Below, piece by piece: positions 54,373-63,588 of a stretch of 64,000 nt of DNA. How positions within the stretch are numbered: position 1 is the first letter of the stretch; every line of letters starts with the position of its first letter. The notes below the pieces were generated by a model. It saw only the letters and a program-made list of their open reading frames with translations. It was not told the DNA's origin and searched no databases. The translations under genes were made by a program, and so were the position numbers. Source of the DNA: a bacterium (GTDB lineage: Bacteria > SM23-31); NCBI GenBank assembly GCA_965249485.1, contig OZ252239.1:1472001-1536000 (forward strand), read 5' to 3'.

Positions 54373-54606
54373 TTATTTTTCTACTTCTACTTCAATTCTC
54401 AGGTTCGAATTTTCAGATGGACAGAGATCGTTTATCGTAACGTAGACACCGCAGATAGGAAAGAAAAGTGCAATAAAGAATATCCAGTTTGCCAATAATT
54501 TCCCGAACTTTTGAATCCGGCCCTCTGCCTTCTGTGATGAAAACAGAACAAAATATCCAATTGTTACAAAGATCGTGGCTGGTATAAAACTAAAGAAAAA
54601 ACACAT
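54373..54606 (-). CDS. Small two-TM membrane protein
   Basis: GGGGAGG RBS and two hydrophobic helices; promoter TTGACA-N17-TATATT at 54642-54670. Confidence 0.6.
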   Translation of the reverse strand: MCFFFSFIPATIFVTIGYFVLFSSQKAEGRIQKFGKLLANWIFFIALFFPICGVYVTINDLCPSENSNLRIEVEVEK

Positions 54607-55086
54607 GATTACCTCCCCCAAGTTATTTATTAAGCAAATGTAATATACGTTATTGATAAATGTCTGTCAATTTGTTTTGACAGTCATTCGTCATTTTAAT
54701 GTCTCTTGATAATAGTATTATCTTCATCATCTGATTCAATATGAGTGTGATACATAAATGACAGTAGATTATCGATTATTTTCTTGAATTGTGTGCGTTT
54801 TTGTTTGTATTTTAGAGTGGTATTAAAAAGCATCTGTTTCCGCACGGTAACGCAACCGCCAATCGACTATTCGTGATACATATATCATCATTACTAAATC
54901 GCAAAATCCCGGGAGCTAATTAGTTTGTGTTACAATCAGCACTCCTGAATAAATATTATCAAGTACATAAATGACCATATCAGCGTATCTGACAGAAGAG
55001 ATCGGACCAAAAATGAAATATTACTCATCCGCTAATGGTACATACTCCGAAAGTCACCAAGGTATAGTTATGGAGGGAGTATCAGG

Positions 55087-55920
55087 ATGAAGCTGCTTAT
55101 ATTCGTTCTTGCTGTATCGTCAGTTCTGAGCATGCGCTGCAGCAATTCCAATTCGAACGTTGTCACAAACCCGGGAGGAACAACGAGGCCTCCTTTTACG
55201 AAAGAAGTTGATGTACATGGTGTTTTAGTTATTGCCACAAGCGCGACACCGGATGATAAAATTCTGCACGCTGCGAATGTGTTGGGGGAATATCTCGACA
55301 GTGATGAAGACGGGGTCGTCAATAATCAGGATGTAGTCGATGAACTTGTGAGCAGGAATGCATTCATCGCTATGGCATCGAATGAAAGTGAGCTGAGCAG
55401 GGCTGACTTCAGCACTGCTCCTGACGGACCGGGACAAGGATTGTGGGGTAGTGAAACACATCCGAATGGTGCTGAAAACGAAGTATTCGATGCAACACTT
55501 GAGGAGGTGCTCCATTTGATTACCCAGCATGGTTATGCACGTGTCTATCCGAATGTGTTTGGAGAATCTGCCGGGAGCGAGATTGCAGACGCTATGGATA
55601 ATGCCAGAGGTGGACGTTTTACATCGGTTCCATCACAGTACCCTGAAGGTGCATGGTTCACCTATGATGATGAAACCTGCGATTACGACTGTATGATTAC
55701 CGAATACACCTACTGGGCATTGACCTCAATTCTCGGTGCGCAGCACTTTGACTGGCGCCTGGATCAAATCGACAACGAATGGAGGTCAAACAACGCAATG
55801 AAAGTCCAGGAACATGACCCTGATGTTTATACCCTGTTGACCAATCTGCAGTATAATCTTCCAATGGTTCTGCCGGACGGAAACTATGAATACCAGACGC
55901 TCACCGTTAGTGAGCGGTAG
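55087..55920 (+). CDS. Exported/lipoprotein hypothetical protein with a possible Zn-binding EExxH motif
   Basis: Signal ending SMRC; YLDSDEDG, LEEVLHLI and CDYDCMITEY. Confidence 0.6.
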   Translation: MKLLIFVLAVSSVLSMRCSNSNSNVVTNPGGTTRPPFTKEVDVHGVLVIATSATPDDKILHAANVLGEYLDSDEDGVVNNQDVVDELVSRNAFIAMASNESELSRADFSTAPDGPGQGLWGSETHPNGAENEVFDATLEEVLHLITQHGYARVYPNVFGESAGSEIADAMDNARGGRFTSVPSQYPEGAWFTYDDETCDYDCMITEYTYWALTSILGAQHFDWRLDQIDNEWRSNNAMKVQEHDPDVYTLLTNLQYNLPMVLPDGNYEYQTLTVSER

Positions 55921-55950
55921 AAATATTCTCTTAATATGAGGAGGGGCAGT

Positions 55951-57303
55951 ATGCGTAAGCAATGGTTAGCTATTGCAGTGTTTTCAATTATCGTTCTCAT
56001 TGTGGGAACAGATTCATTTGCACAGGAAGCGAAAAAACGGTGGGAAATATTGAATCTCATCCGCCACGAGAAATTTGACCAGATCCTGCCGGGTGCACTG
56101 CGTGACAACAATATCGAAATGTGGATTCATGCAATACGTGACGGCGATCCCGATCCTTTAGCAATCGATCTTGGCGGGAGTCAGGGATATTTCGTTTTTA
56201 CTGACCGCGGTGGTGATCGGGTCGAGCGGGCAGTGTTCGGTAGTTGGGGCGATAGTGGTGATGTCTACGATATTGAAGGAAGAGAGAGTGCGCTCCGGGC
56301 ACATGTCGAAGAACGTGATCCCAAGATAATTGCCGTGAACTATTCGGAATGGATTGCGGTTGCCGACGGGATTTCTCACACTGGATACAAAAAACTGGTC
56401 GAACTGCTTGGTAGCAAGTACACAAACCGATTTATATCCGCAGAAAATGTGATAACTGATTTCCGGGTGCGAAGAACCCAGAGTGAGATCATCGCATTTG
56501 CAAACACTGCAGAAATGCACCGGCAGATTATTGAGAAAGCAATGTCGAGCGCAGTCATCACTCCTGGAATCACCTCACGGCAAGACGTTGGCTGGTGGAT
56601 GCAGGACCGGATACTTGAGCAGGGTCTTACTTCAACATACGGCAATAATGGACCGTCGGTGCTTTACTCGGCAAAATCAGATAAGTCGGATACACGTTCG
56701 CCGAACTACATTTACCAGCCCGGTGACTTTCTGACCCACGATATGAGTGTCAAATACCTGAATTACGAGACCGATTATAAACGAAACGCCTATATTCTTC
56801 GTGAAGGTGAAAATGCCGCACCGGAAGGGATACAGTATGCATTCGACCAAGGTTTGAAAGCCCGTGAGGTTATCAAAAAGAACTTTAAAGTCGGTCGGAC
56901 ACCAAATGAGACGATTCAGATTATCGGCCAGGCACTTGAAGAAGCTGGTTTTGGCTATATACACAATGATCCGACCATCGATGGAGGATCTTCCGGAATT
57001 AGGCCGGGTGACCAGCTCAAACATCCCGATAAAACTGAAGTCTCGATCGATTTCCATAGTGTCGGCAATACCGGTAACGGTGACGTTGCGGTTGGCCCTT
57101 CAATGGCTGCAATGCGTCCCGATAGAGGACATCTCATATTGCAGCATAACCATCTTTTTTCATTTGAATACGTGTGTTACACGGCAATACCAGAACTGAA
57201 CGGGGAAAAACTCCGCATAAATTTCGAAGATAACCATGTCCTTACCAACAACGGTGTCGAATGGCTCTATCCGCCGAATGAGAAGATAATCCTGATTAAA
57301 TAG
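55951..57303 (+). CDS. Secreted M24 (Xaa-Pro aminopeptidase-like) metallopeptidase
   Basis: Signal peptide; metal ligands D..D, H, E, E in HDMS..ETDYKR, FHSVG, FSFEY and NFEDN. Confidence 0.8.
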   Translation: MRKQWLAIAVFSIIVLIVGTDSFAQEAKKRWEILNLIRHEKFDQILPGALRDNNIEMWIHAIRDGDPDPLAIDLGGSQGYFVFTDRGGDRVERAVFGSWGDSGDVYDIEGRESALRAHVEERDPKIIAVNYSEWIAVADGISHTGYKKLVELLGSKYTNRFISAENVITDFRVRRTQSEIIAFANTAEMHRQIIEKAMSSAVITPGITSRQDVGWWMQDRILEQGLTSTYGNNGPSVLYSAKSDKSDTRSPNYIYQPGDFLTHDMSVKYLNYETDYKRNAYILREGENAAPEGIQYAFDQGLKAREVIKKNFKVGRTPNETIQIIGQALEEAGFGYIHNDPTIDGGSSGIRPGDQLKHPDKTEVSIDFHSVGNTGNGDVAVGPSMAAMRPDRGHLILQHNHLFSFEYVCYTAIPELNGEKLRINFEDNHVLTNNGVEWLYPPNEKIILIK

Positions 57304-57382
57304 CAACACCCCTGCCCGCTTTTTGATCTTCAACTCATTCTTAAATATTGCTATTAGTTTTTTGGTTTACTATTTTCGGTTT

Positions 57383-57850
57383 ATGGATATTACACTCAAA
57401 GAGATAATCAATAATCCGTTTTTTATTGCGATTGTGTCTGCCGCATTTACAGGTACGATTATTTATGGTATTGAAATGATTAAGGGCAAAATAGCGGATA
57501 GGCGGAAAATTGATCGTCTGAAGAAAATAATTATCAGTGAACTCGAAATTCTCCGGCACGATATTAAGCATCTGATTGATTACTATGAACAGAAAAAGCA
57601 GTGGCCGCAAAAGCGTTCTCAGAGTAATTTTCCGTTCGATGCACTAATAAACTACATCAATGAATTGACCGCAATGCCGATCGATCTCCATCTGCAAAAG
57701 ACCCTCTTCAGTAGCATACCGATTATTTATGATCTGGCCGGCGGCAATTTGGAATATGAATTCAGGGGATACACAACAATAGAGGATTACAGATCTGCTT
57801 ATGATCAGTTCTGTGATACTGTCGAAATTTTAGATGGCAGGAATAGTTGA
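57383..57850 (+). CDS. Hypothetical protein with an N-terminal TM helix
   Basis: Open frame with one TM segment followed by a helical region; no recognised motif. Confidence 0.55.
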   Translation: MDITLKEIINNPFFIAIVSAAFTGTIIYGIEMIKGKIADRRKIDRLKKIIISELEILRHDIKHLIDYYEQKKQWPQKRSQSNFPFDALINYINELTAMPIDLHLQKTLFSSIPIIYDLAGGNLEYEFRGYTTIEDYRSAYDQFCDTVEILDGRNS

Positions 57851-58083
57851 ACTTTCAACCATGTAAACACGTGTAATATTGTAGTAGCACGATGTGATCA
57901 GCTTTAAAAGGTCTTGAATGGTTTCTCTAATAGATTTATTGGAAATTGATGGAGAAATCAGTTCAAGACCTCTTTCATTTATCCACAAAAGAAGTAAAAA
58001 AACTTGATATCGAGCAATTCTTCTTTGTACATTAAATTGGTGTTTCATTTCAAAGACAAATGAGTCTATAAAATGGAGATATT

Positions 58084-58560
58084 ATGAGTGTTATACATAA
58101 AAATGCAAAAGACATTATGACGAGAGATGTTGTTCTCGTCACTGAAGATGTGCATATTAATAAATTAAATGAGCTTATGCTTGAATACTCAATTAGTGGA
58201 ATACCCGTTGTTAACAAAAACAAAAATCTTATCGGAATCGTAACTAAAACCGATGTTTTAGGTGCATCCATCGATGCACATCTCGATTTAAAGGTACACA
58301 TAAGTCTCAAAGATATCCTTGATCTTCATGCAAAAGATACGGAAATCGAAATAACAGCCCAGGAAGAACTTGTTGTCAAAGACATAATGACCAAAAATCC
58401 GATTACTGTAACTGAAAGTACGCCGATCGAAAGCATTGCTGACAAGATGATTATCAATAATATTCACAGAGTGATCGTGACAAATCGAAAAAAAGTTGTA
58501 GGCATTATTAGCACTTCTGACCTCCTCTTCTATGTTGCCAGGAAAAGCATAAATGAATGA
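58084..58560 (+). CDS. CBS domain pair protein
   Basis: AKDIMT, ISGIPVV, GIVTKTD, VKDIMT and GIISTSD. Confidence 0.9.
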   Translation: MSVIHKNAKDIMTRDVVLVTEDVHINKLNELMLEYSISGIPVVNKNKNLIGIVTKTDVLGASIDAHLDLKVHISLKDILDLHAKDTEIEITAQEELVVKDIMTKNPITVTESTPIESIADKMIINNIHRVIVTNRKKVVGIISTSDLLFYVARKSINE

Positions 58561-60462
58561 AGATACGCAGTCACCACTGGACGAAAAGTCTGAAGAACAA
58601 AGCGTTACAATAAATGTGGAAGTGTCACAGGATAAAAGCGAAGCTTTTGTCACGATAATTCCGCTCACTGATGATCCGCATTGTACACAAGAAGAAATTA
58701 AAAACGCACTGAATGATAAAGGTATTAAATTTGGTGTTGATGAAAAGAAACTTGCGGAACTCCTCAATGATATTCAATTCGACGAGAGAATTCAAATAGC
58801 ATCAGGTACAAAGCCGGAAGATGGAAAAGACGGCACAATCACCTACAAATACCCCCCTAAGGTAAAATCCAAGATAGGTAAAGGCGACATAATCGGCGAG
58901 ACTATTTCTCCGAAAGAGGGGAAAAACGGAATTGATGTTTTTCAAGAAGCAATTCAGGCATTACCGGTAAAAAATGTTGGAGTTCCCGAGCTCATAAATG
59001 CCGGATTTGCGCCCGATGACCCAAGCCGTATTTTAGCAAATATAGATGGGTATCTTCTTATCGATCAGGCCGTTCAGGTTATCCCTTTTTTTACATTGGA
59101 TGAAATCACCGATCATTATGAAGCAGAAGTTACGGTAACAAAACTGATGAAAAGTGGTGACTTTACTTCCGAAGATCTGAAAGAATTCCTCAAAAGCAGC
59201 AATATAGTATTTGGAATTCTCAATAAAGAAATTGAATCGATCTTTGCCAAGGGAAAATTTGAGCAGAAAATTGTAGTTGCGAAGGGGAGAACAGTCAAAG
59301 ATGAAAAGGATGGTAAAGTTAAGTACTATTTTGATACGGAACTCAAGCCGTTTAAAGATGAAAAGGGAAATGTCGATTATAAAAAGCTGAATTTTATTCA
59401 GGTAGTTAATAAGGGTGATAAACTTGCTGAAATTGTACCACCTGTCAAGGGAGTTGTGGGGTGTACGATATTAGGAGAAACCATACAGCCGAAAGAAGGT
59501 CAGATTCCTTTATTGCCGTCCGGAAACAACGTCCATTCCGATCCGGGAAATCCTAATGTTCTGATTTCTGAGATTGATGGAACTGTTTCTTTAAAAGGAA
59601 AAAACGTCGAGGTCGATCCGGTCATCACAATTAAAGAAAATGTTGATTATTCGACCGGAAATATAAACTTTGACGGTTCGGTTATTGTAAATGGCGATGT
59701 AAAAAGCGGTTTCAATATCCAGGCTCACGGCGACGTTCAGATTAACGGTTTGGTGGAAGATTCGCATATTGTCTCTCATGGCAATGTTCTTGTGAAAACC
59801 GGATTTATCGGAAAAGGAGACGGTACAATAAGTGCACAAGGAAATGTTGTAACAAAGTATTGTGATACACAAAAAATCAAATGTGAGGGAAACCTTGAAA
59901 TTGGTGATTTTGTTATGCAAAGCAATATTCATACAAAAGGCAAGCTCACCGTAACTGAGCAAACCGGTCTTATTGTCGGTGGAGAAATTTATGCAATGGA
60001 GGGTGTAGAGGCAAAAGTGCTCGGGAATCAAAACTATACACAGACCACAATATATGCTGGGGTTGATAATGAATACAGAGATTTAATGCGGATGCTCGGA
60101 TTGAAACTAGCAAAGAATATCGAACAAAAAAGTGAAGTTGAAAAAGCACTTGCAATGTATAAGCGTCGACTGCTTGTTAAAAAAACCATATCTGAAAGTA
60201 AGAAAATCTTAATTGAAAAACTAAAACAACTTCAGATTAAACTCTTGGACGAAGAAAGCTCCATCAGGAGTGAAATTGAAACTCAGGAAAAAAAGCCGGC
60301 TCGTTCAAAAATCCCGAAATCAAAGTTCTGGACGTTATCTATCCAGGAGTGAAAATAGTGATCAATGATCAACAAATGACGGTGCAAGAACCGCTGCAGT
60401 ATGTCTTTTTTAAATATACCGACAAAGGAATTGTCGCCGCCGATCTTGACGAGCAGAAGTAA
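58553..60462 (+). CDS. FapA/DUF342 protein with a duplicated N-domain and a -1 frameshift near the 3' end
   Basis: GNVDYK, VDYSTGNINF.G and GLIVGG. The conserved IYPGVKI tail lies in the -1 frame after A-AAA-AAG at 60289-60295. Confidence 0.8.
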
Positions 60463-60726
60463 CATTTTTGCATTCGTACAGTTTAGATGGGTTACGATAA
60501 ATATTGGTACTGATCATTCTTAACAGTTTTTAGAAGCATTTGTAATTATACGTATGTTTCTTCCATTTTTTTAAATAATTACCTCTGCCAATCTAAGAGT
60601 CCCATAGCAATCCAAATTTTAGTATGATGTTCTGATATCGATTTCATAGATATTGAGGAAGTTAAAAGATTGAATATGAATATTGGGTGAGAAGATCGTG
60701 CTTTTGGGAAGAACCATGTAGATAAC

Positions 60727-60755
60727 TTGATTGCGCATAATAAATGTGCTATTAT
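60727..60755 (+). promoter_or_regulatory. sigma70-type promoter (extended -10)
   Basis: TTGATT-N17-TATTAT with TG just upstream of the -10 box. Confidence 0.5.
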
Positions 60756-60907
60756 CAACGTAATTAATCTCAGATTATTATAAGGTTAAACCGGAATATA
60801 CTAGTATCATTTCTGTAAATTTTTAAGAGATTTTTGAAGCTATTTTATTAGCTATTATTACGGTAATTTTTCAATGCTATCAACCACTTTACGAGAGGAG
60901 TATTATT

Positions 60908-61720
60908 GTGGATTTAAGTGAAAAGGACCTTGATCACTATCTTCAACAGGCAGTGATTGCTGCCAAAAAAACAGGCGATGTGTTACTCAAGATGATGCCA
61001 ATGGATCATAGGCTGAATGCCCAGGAAAGATCAAAGCTTATGGACGATGTTGATCATAAATCAGATGATTGTCTGTATGAATCAATTCGCGAAGTTTTTC
61101 CAGATCATCAATATATTTCCGTAGGAACCGAAAACCAAATATTCCATAAAGAGGGATTCCTCTGGGTATTAGATCCTTTGGTTGGTCTTGGAAACTTTGC
61201 CCACGGAGATCCGCATTATGCAATATCCGCGGCACTCATTGTTGATGGTATCATTGTTGCCGGAGTTGTGTACAACCCTGTTTTTAACGAGCTTTTCACT
61301 GCTCTAAAAGGATATGGCTCGTTCCTTAACGGAAAGCCTATCCGCGTTTCAAATACTGAAAAAATGGAAAACTCACTTCTTTCAATAAGATTTCCATATG
61401 ATATTCATGATGGAAAAGTAACTAATCTCAGTATTTTTAATCATATTATTATGAAAGCTGAGGGCATCCTGAATAACGGTACTGCGACACTCGATCTTGC
61501 TTACGTGGCATGCGGCCAATATGATGGATTCTGGGCATTAAATATGAATCCATGGGATTTAACTGCTGCGGTTCTATTGATTGAAGAAGCAGGAGGGAAA
61601 GTAACCACTCTCACTGATGAAGACTATTTTATTGAGTCAACGGAAATCCTCGGAACGAATGGTACAATTCATCAGGAAGTAATCGATGCAATATTTGAGA
61701 TTCCCAAGGAATCATGGTAG
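60908..61720 (+). CDS. Inositol monophosphatase family protein (SuhB-like) with a degenerate active site
   Basis: WVLDPLVGLGNF (canonical DPLDGTxNF), LDLAYVACG and PWDLTAA. Confidence 0.82.
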   Translation: MDLSEKDLDHYLQQAVIAAKKTGDVLLKMMPMDHRLNAQERSKLMDDVDHKSDDCLYESIREVFPDHQYISVGTENQIFHKEGFLWVLDPLVGLGNFAHGDPHYAISAALIVDGIIVAGVVYNPVFNELFTALKGYGSFLNGKPIRVSNTEKMENSLLSIRFPYDIHDGKVTNLSIFNHIIMKAEGILNNGTATLDLAYVACGQYDGFWALNMNPWDLTAAVLLIEEAGGKVTTLTDEDYFIESTEILGTNGTIHQEVIDAIFEIPKESW

Positions 61721-61756
61721 TACGATTACAACCTTTTTGACAGTCGTAAAACTATA

Positions 61757-61784
61757 AAAAGCCCGCTAAAATCAGCGGGCTTTT
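61757..61784. terminator. Bidirectional intrinsic terminator
   Basis: AAAAGCCCGCT-aaaatc-AGCGGGCTTTT between the suhB-like gene and the tRNA. Confidence 0.85.
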
Positions 61785-61818
61785 GTGTTGTTAGTTGTTA
61801 AAATCTATAGCAATAAAG

Positions 61819-61891
61819 AGCTGGCAGGGAGACTCGAACTCCCGACCTATTCATTACGAATGAATTGCTCTACCAACTGAGCTATGCCAGC
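61819..61891 (-). tRNA. tRNA-Thr(CGT), CCA not encoded
   Basis: Acceptor stem GCTGGCA/TGCCAGC, D-arm AGCTCAGTTGGTAGAGC, anticodon arm ATTCA-TTCGTAA-TGAAT and T-loop GTTCGAGT. Confidence 0.96.
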
Positions 61892-61920
61892 ATAATTTAC
61901 GCATAAAATGTGCAACACTA

Positions 61921-61949
61921 AATATACATTTTCCGGCAATTTTTGTCAA
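61921..61949 (-). promoter_or_regulatory. sigma70 promoter of tRNA-Thr
   Basis: TTGACA-N17-TATATT. Confidence 0.75.
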
Positions 61950-61952
61950 TTA

Positions 61953-62333
61953 CTATTTTAAGTCGGGGAGCAGTTCAAATACAGCTTTTTTAAGAAATTC
62001 CCGTTCATAAACATCATTGTCGACTATATCATGATTCCAAACAACAATATCGAGATCAATAATCCGAGGTCCATATTTGTCGTCATTTCTATTGTGACCG
62101 AGTTTGTTTTCCAGTTGTTTAAGCCATTTTTTTAACTCTGAATAATGTTTCTTCGTTTCAACCAGCAATGCCCCGTTTAAAAAGTCAGGCTGTTCGATGT
62201 TGCCAATCGGCTTCGTCCGGATAAAAGGCGATTCAGCCTGAAGTGCTAGATGTTCCCTGATTTCTTCTAATGCTGTCCTGATATTCCTATCAGGATCAAC
62301 ATTTGAACCAACAGCAATGATAGCCTGATTCAT
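61953..62333 (-). CDS. folK: 2-amino-4-hydroxy-6-hydroxymethyldihydropteridine diphosphokinase
   Basis: VGSN, QPDFLN and YGPRIIDLDI. Confidence 0.93.
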   Translation of the reverse strand: MNQAIIAVGSNVDPDRNIRTALEEIREHLALQAESPFIRTKPIGNIEQPDFLNGALLVETKKHYSELKKWLKQLENKLGHNRNDDKYGPRIIDLDIVVWNHDIVDNDVYEREFLKKAVFELLPDLK

Positions 62334-62413
62334 AAATATTCTTTCACGTTAGGTGCAACATTTATTAAACAAAACAGGGTGCATCAAGAACAACCAATTA
62401 AAGAGTATTGGCT

Positions 62414-62770
62414 TTACTCTAGGCTTGAAACTGAAACAGAAATAGAATCTGCATACCTGATCGCGTGCGGCTTTTCGACGCGGACCTTGGCATGAATAAT
62501 CTTTCTTTCATTAAGGACTATATTCAGTATAAAATAAGCAAGTGCTTCGAGTAGAAAATAATTTGACTGTTCAACTTCAGCAATAATTCGCTTTGAAATG
62601 ATTTTATAATTAACTGAATTGTCAATACTGTCTCTTTGAACTGCTTCAGCTACATCAACTTTCATTTCTACATTTATTATAACATCTTGTTTCTTTTTCC
62701 GTTCCCAATCATTAAAACCAATAATTGTACGTAATCGAAGATTTTCAATATTTATTATAGCTGTCTTCAC
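62414..62770 (-). CDS. folB: Dihydroneopterin aldolase / FolB-FolX family
   Basis: IIG..DWER..KQ, SVNY, LLEALA and VEKPHA. Confidence 0.88.
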   Translation of the reverse strand: MKTAIINIENLRLRTIIGFNDWERKKKQDVIINVEMKVDVAEAVQRDSIDNSVNYKIISKRIIAEVEQSNYFLLEALAYFILNIVLNERKIIHAKVRVEKPHAIRYADSISVSVSSLE

Positions 62771-62980
62771 AGACTTTCACCTCCATATTTATCAATAAAA
62801 TCACTCCATTTTTTAGCTCATATATAAATCATAATTCTATAATAATTAACTACTTACAAGGGGTTGTTATGCTAATTAGTTTATTTTCGTTATTAGACGA
62901 CAATATACATAATTATGCGACAATAACGCAAGTATGTTTATACAAAGTTTACACAGTCTATTTCTATGAGGGGATAGAAA

Positions 62981-63184
62981 ATGTCCGACCTGAAAACCTG
63001 CAATACAATCGCAGACACAATCATTGCCGGATTCCAAGAACTTTGTGCAATGAAACAACATCCCAAATTGGAGTTTATAGGTGAACAGGAAACGCTTAAT
63101 GGTGAACCGCTTTACTTGTATAACTGTCTGTACTGTGGAGCTACGGTTTGCGGTGAGCGGCCGGAGGATTACAATTGCAAATAA
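62981..63184 (+). CDS. Small phage-like protein with a CxxC motif
   Basis: GAGGGG RBS; LYNCLYCGAT. Confidence 0.55.
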   Translation: MSDLKTCNTIADTIIAGFQELCAMKQHPKLEFIGEQETLNGEPLYLYNCLYCGATVCGERPEDYNCK

Positions 63185-63259
63185 CATACACATCATGGAT
63201 CATTCGTCTAATCGTTTTCATCATGCGGATCATCAGTTACGAGTATGAGGAAATAAATC

Positions 63260-63466
63260 ATGTTGTACAATATCGTAAGAAAACCAAAGGCGTTATTAAC
63301 ATTCGTCAGGTCACAGATCAGTAAATCAACGGGTAATAAGCGATATTTCTATGCGGATCGGCAGGGCAATCGGTATATGATGTGGACCGCCCGCAGTCTC
63401 AGATATTTAGAAGATGGCACGTTTTACACGGTCACAAAGGAACACTGGAGAAAGGCAGTCGCATGA
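63260..63466 (+). CDS. Small basic phage-like protein
   Basis: GAGG RBS; ATGA overlap with the next ORF. Confidence 0.55.
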   Translation: MLYNIVRKPKALLTFVRSQISKSTGNKRYFYADRQGNRYMMWTARSLRYLEDGTFYTVTKEHWRKAVA

Positions 63467-63564
63467 ATTTTAAAGACGTATATGAATTCGCATTGGCGCT
63501 ATTCTGCATCGGTGCGTGGTACTGTGCGTTGGCGTTGTGGCATATCGTAATTAGCATAGCGTAA
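63463..63564 (+). CDS. 33-aa single-TM peptide
   Basis: MNFKDVYEFALALFCIGAWYCALALWHIVISIA; translationally coupled to the previous ORF. Confidence 0.45.
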   Translation: MNFKDVYEFALALFCIGAWYCALALWHIVISIA

Positions 63565-63588
63565 ATGTTTTTCAGTTAAGGAGCAACC

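Noticed and set aside
54664..54683. Inverted repeat CTGTCAA-N6-TTGACAG as an operator
   Set aside because: One arm is the -35 box of the adjacent promoter; there is a single copy and no cognate regulator nearby, so it is not supportable.
54830..55070. Riboswitch in the long leader of the 55087 gene
   Set aside because: No recognisable aptamer consensus and no terminator or expression platform.
60729..60758. dif-like site (TGCGCATAA resembles the XerC arm)
   Set aside because: The XerD arm (TTATGTTAAAT) is absent, and the sequence is better explained as a TTGATT-N17-TATTAT promoter.
54373..61891. Genomic island integrated at tRNA-Thr(CGT)
   Set aside because: I found no integrase and no duplicated tRNA 3' end by eye, and the tRNA is followed directly by its terminator.
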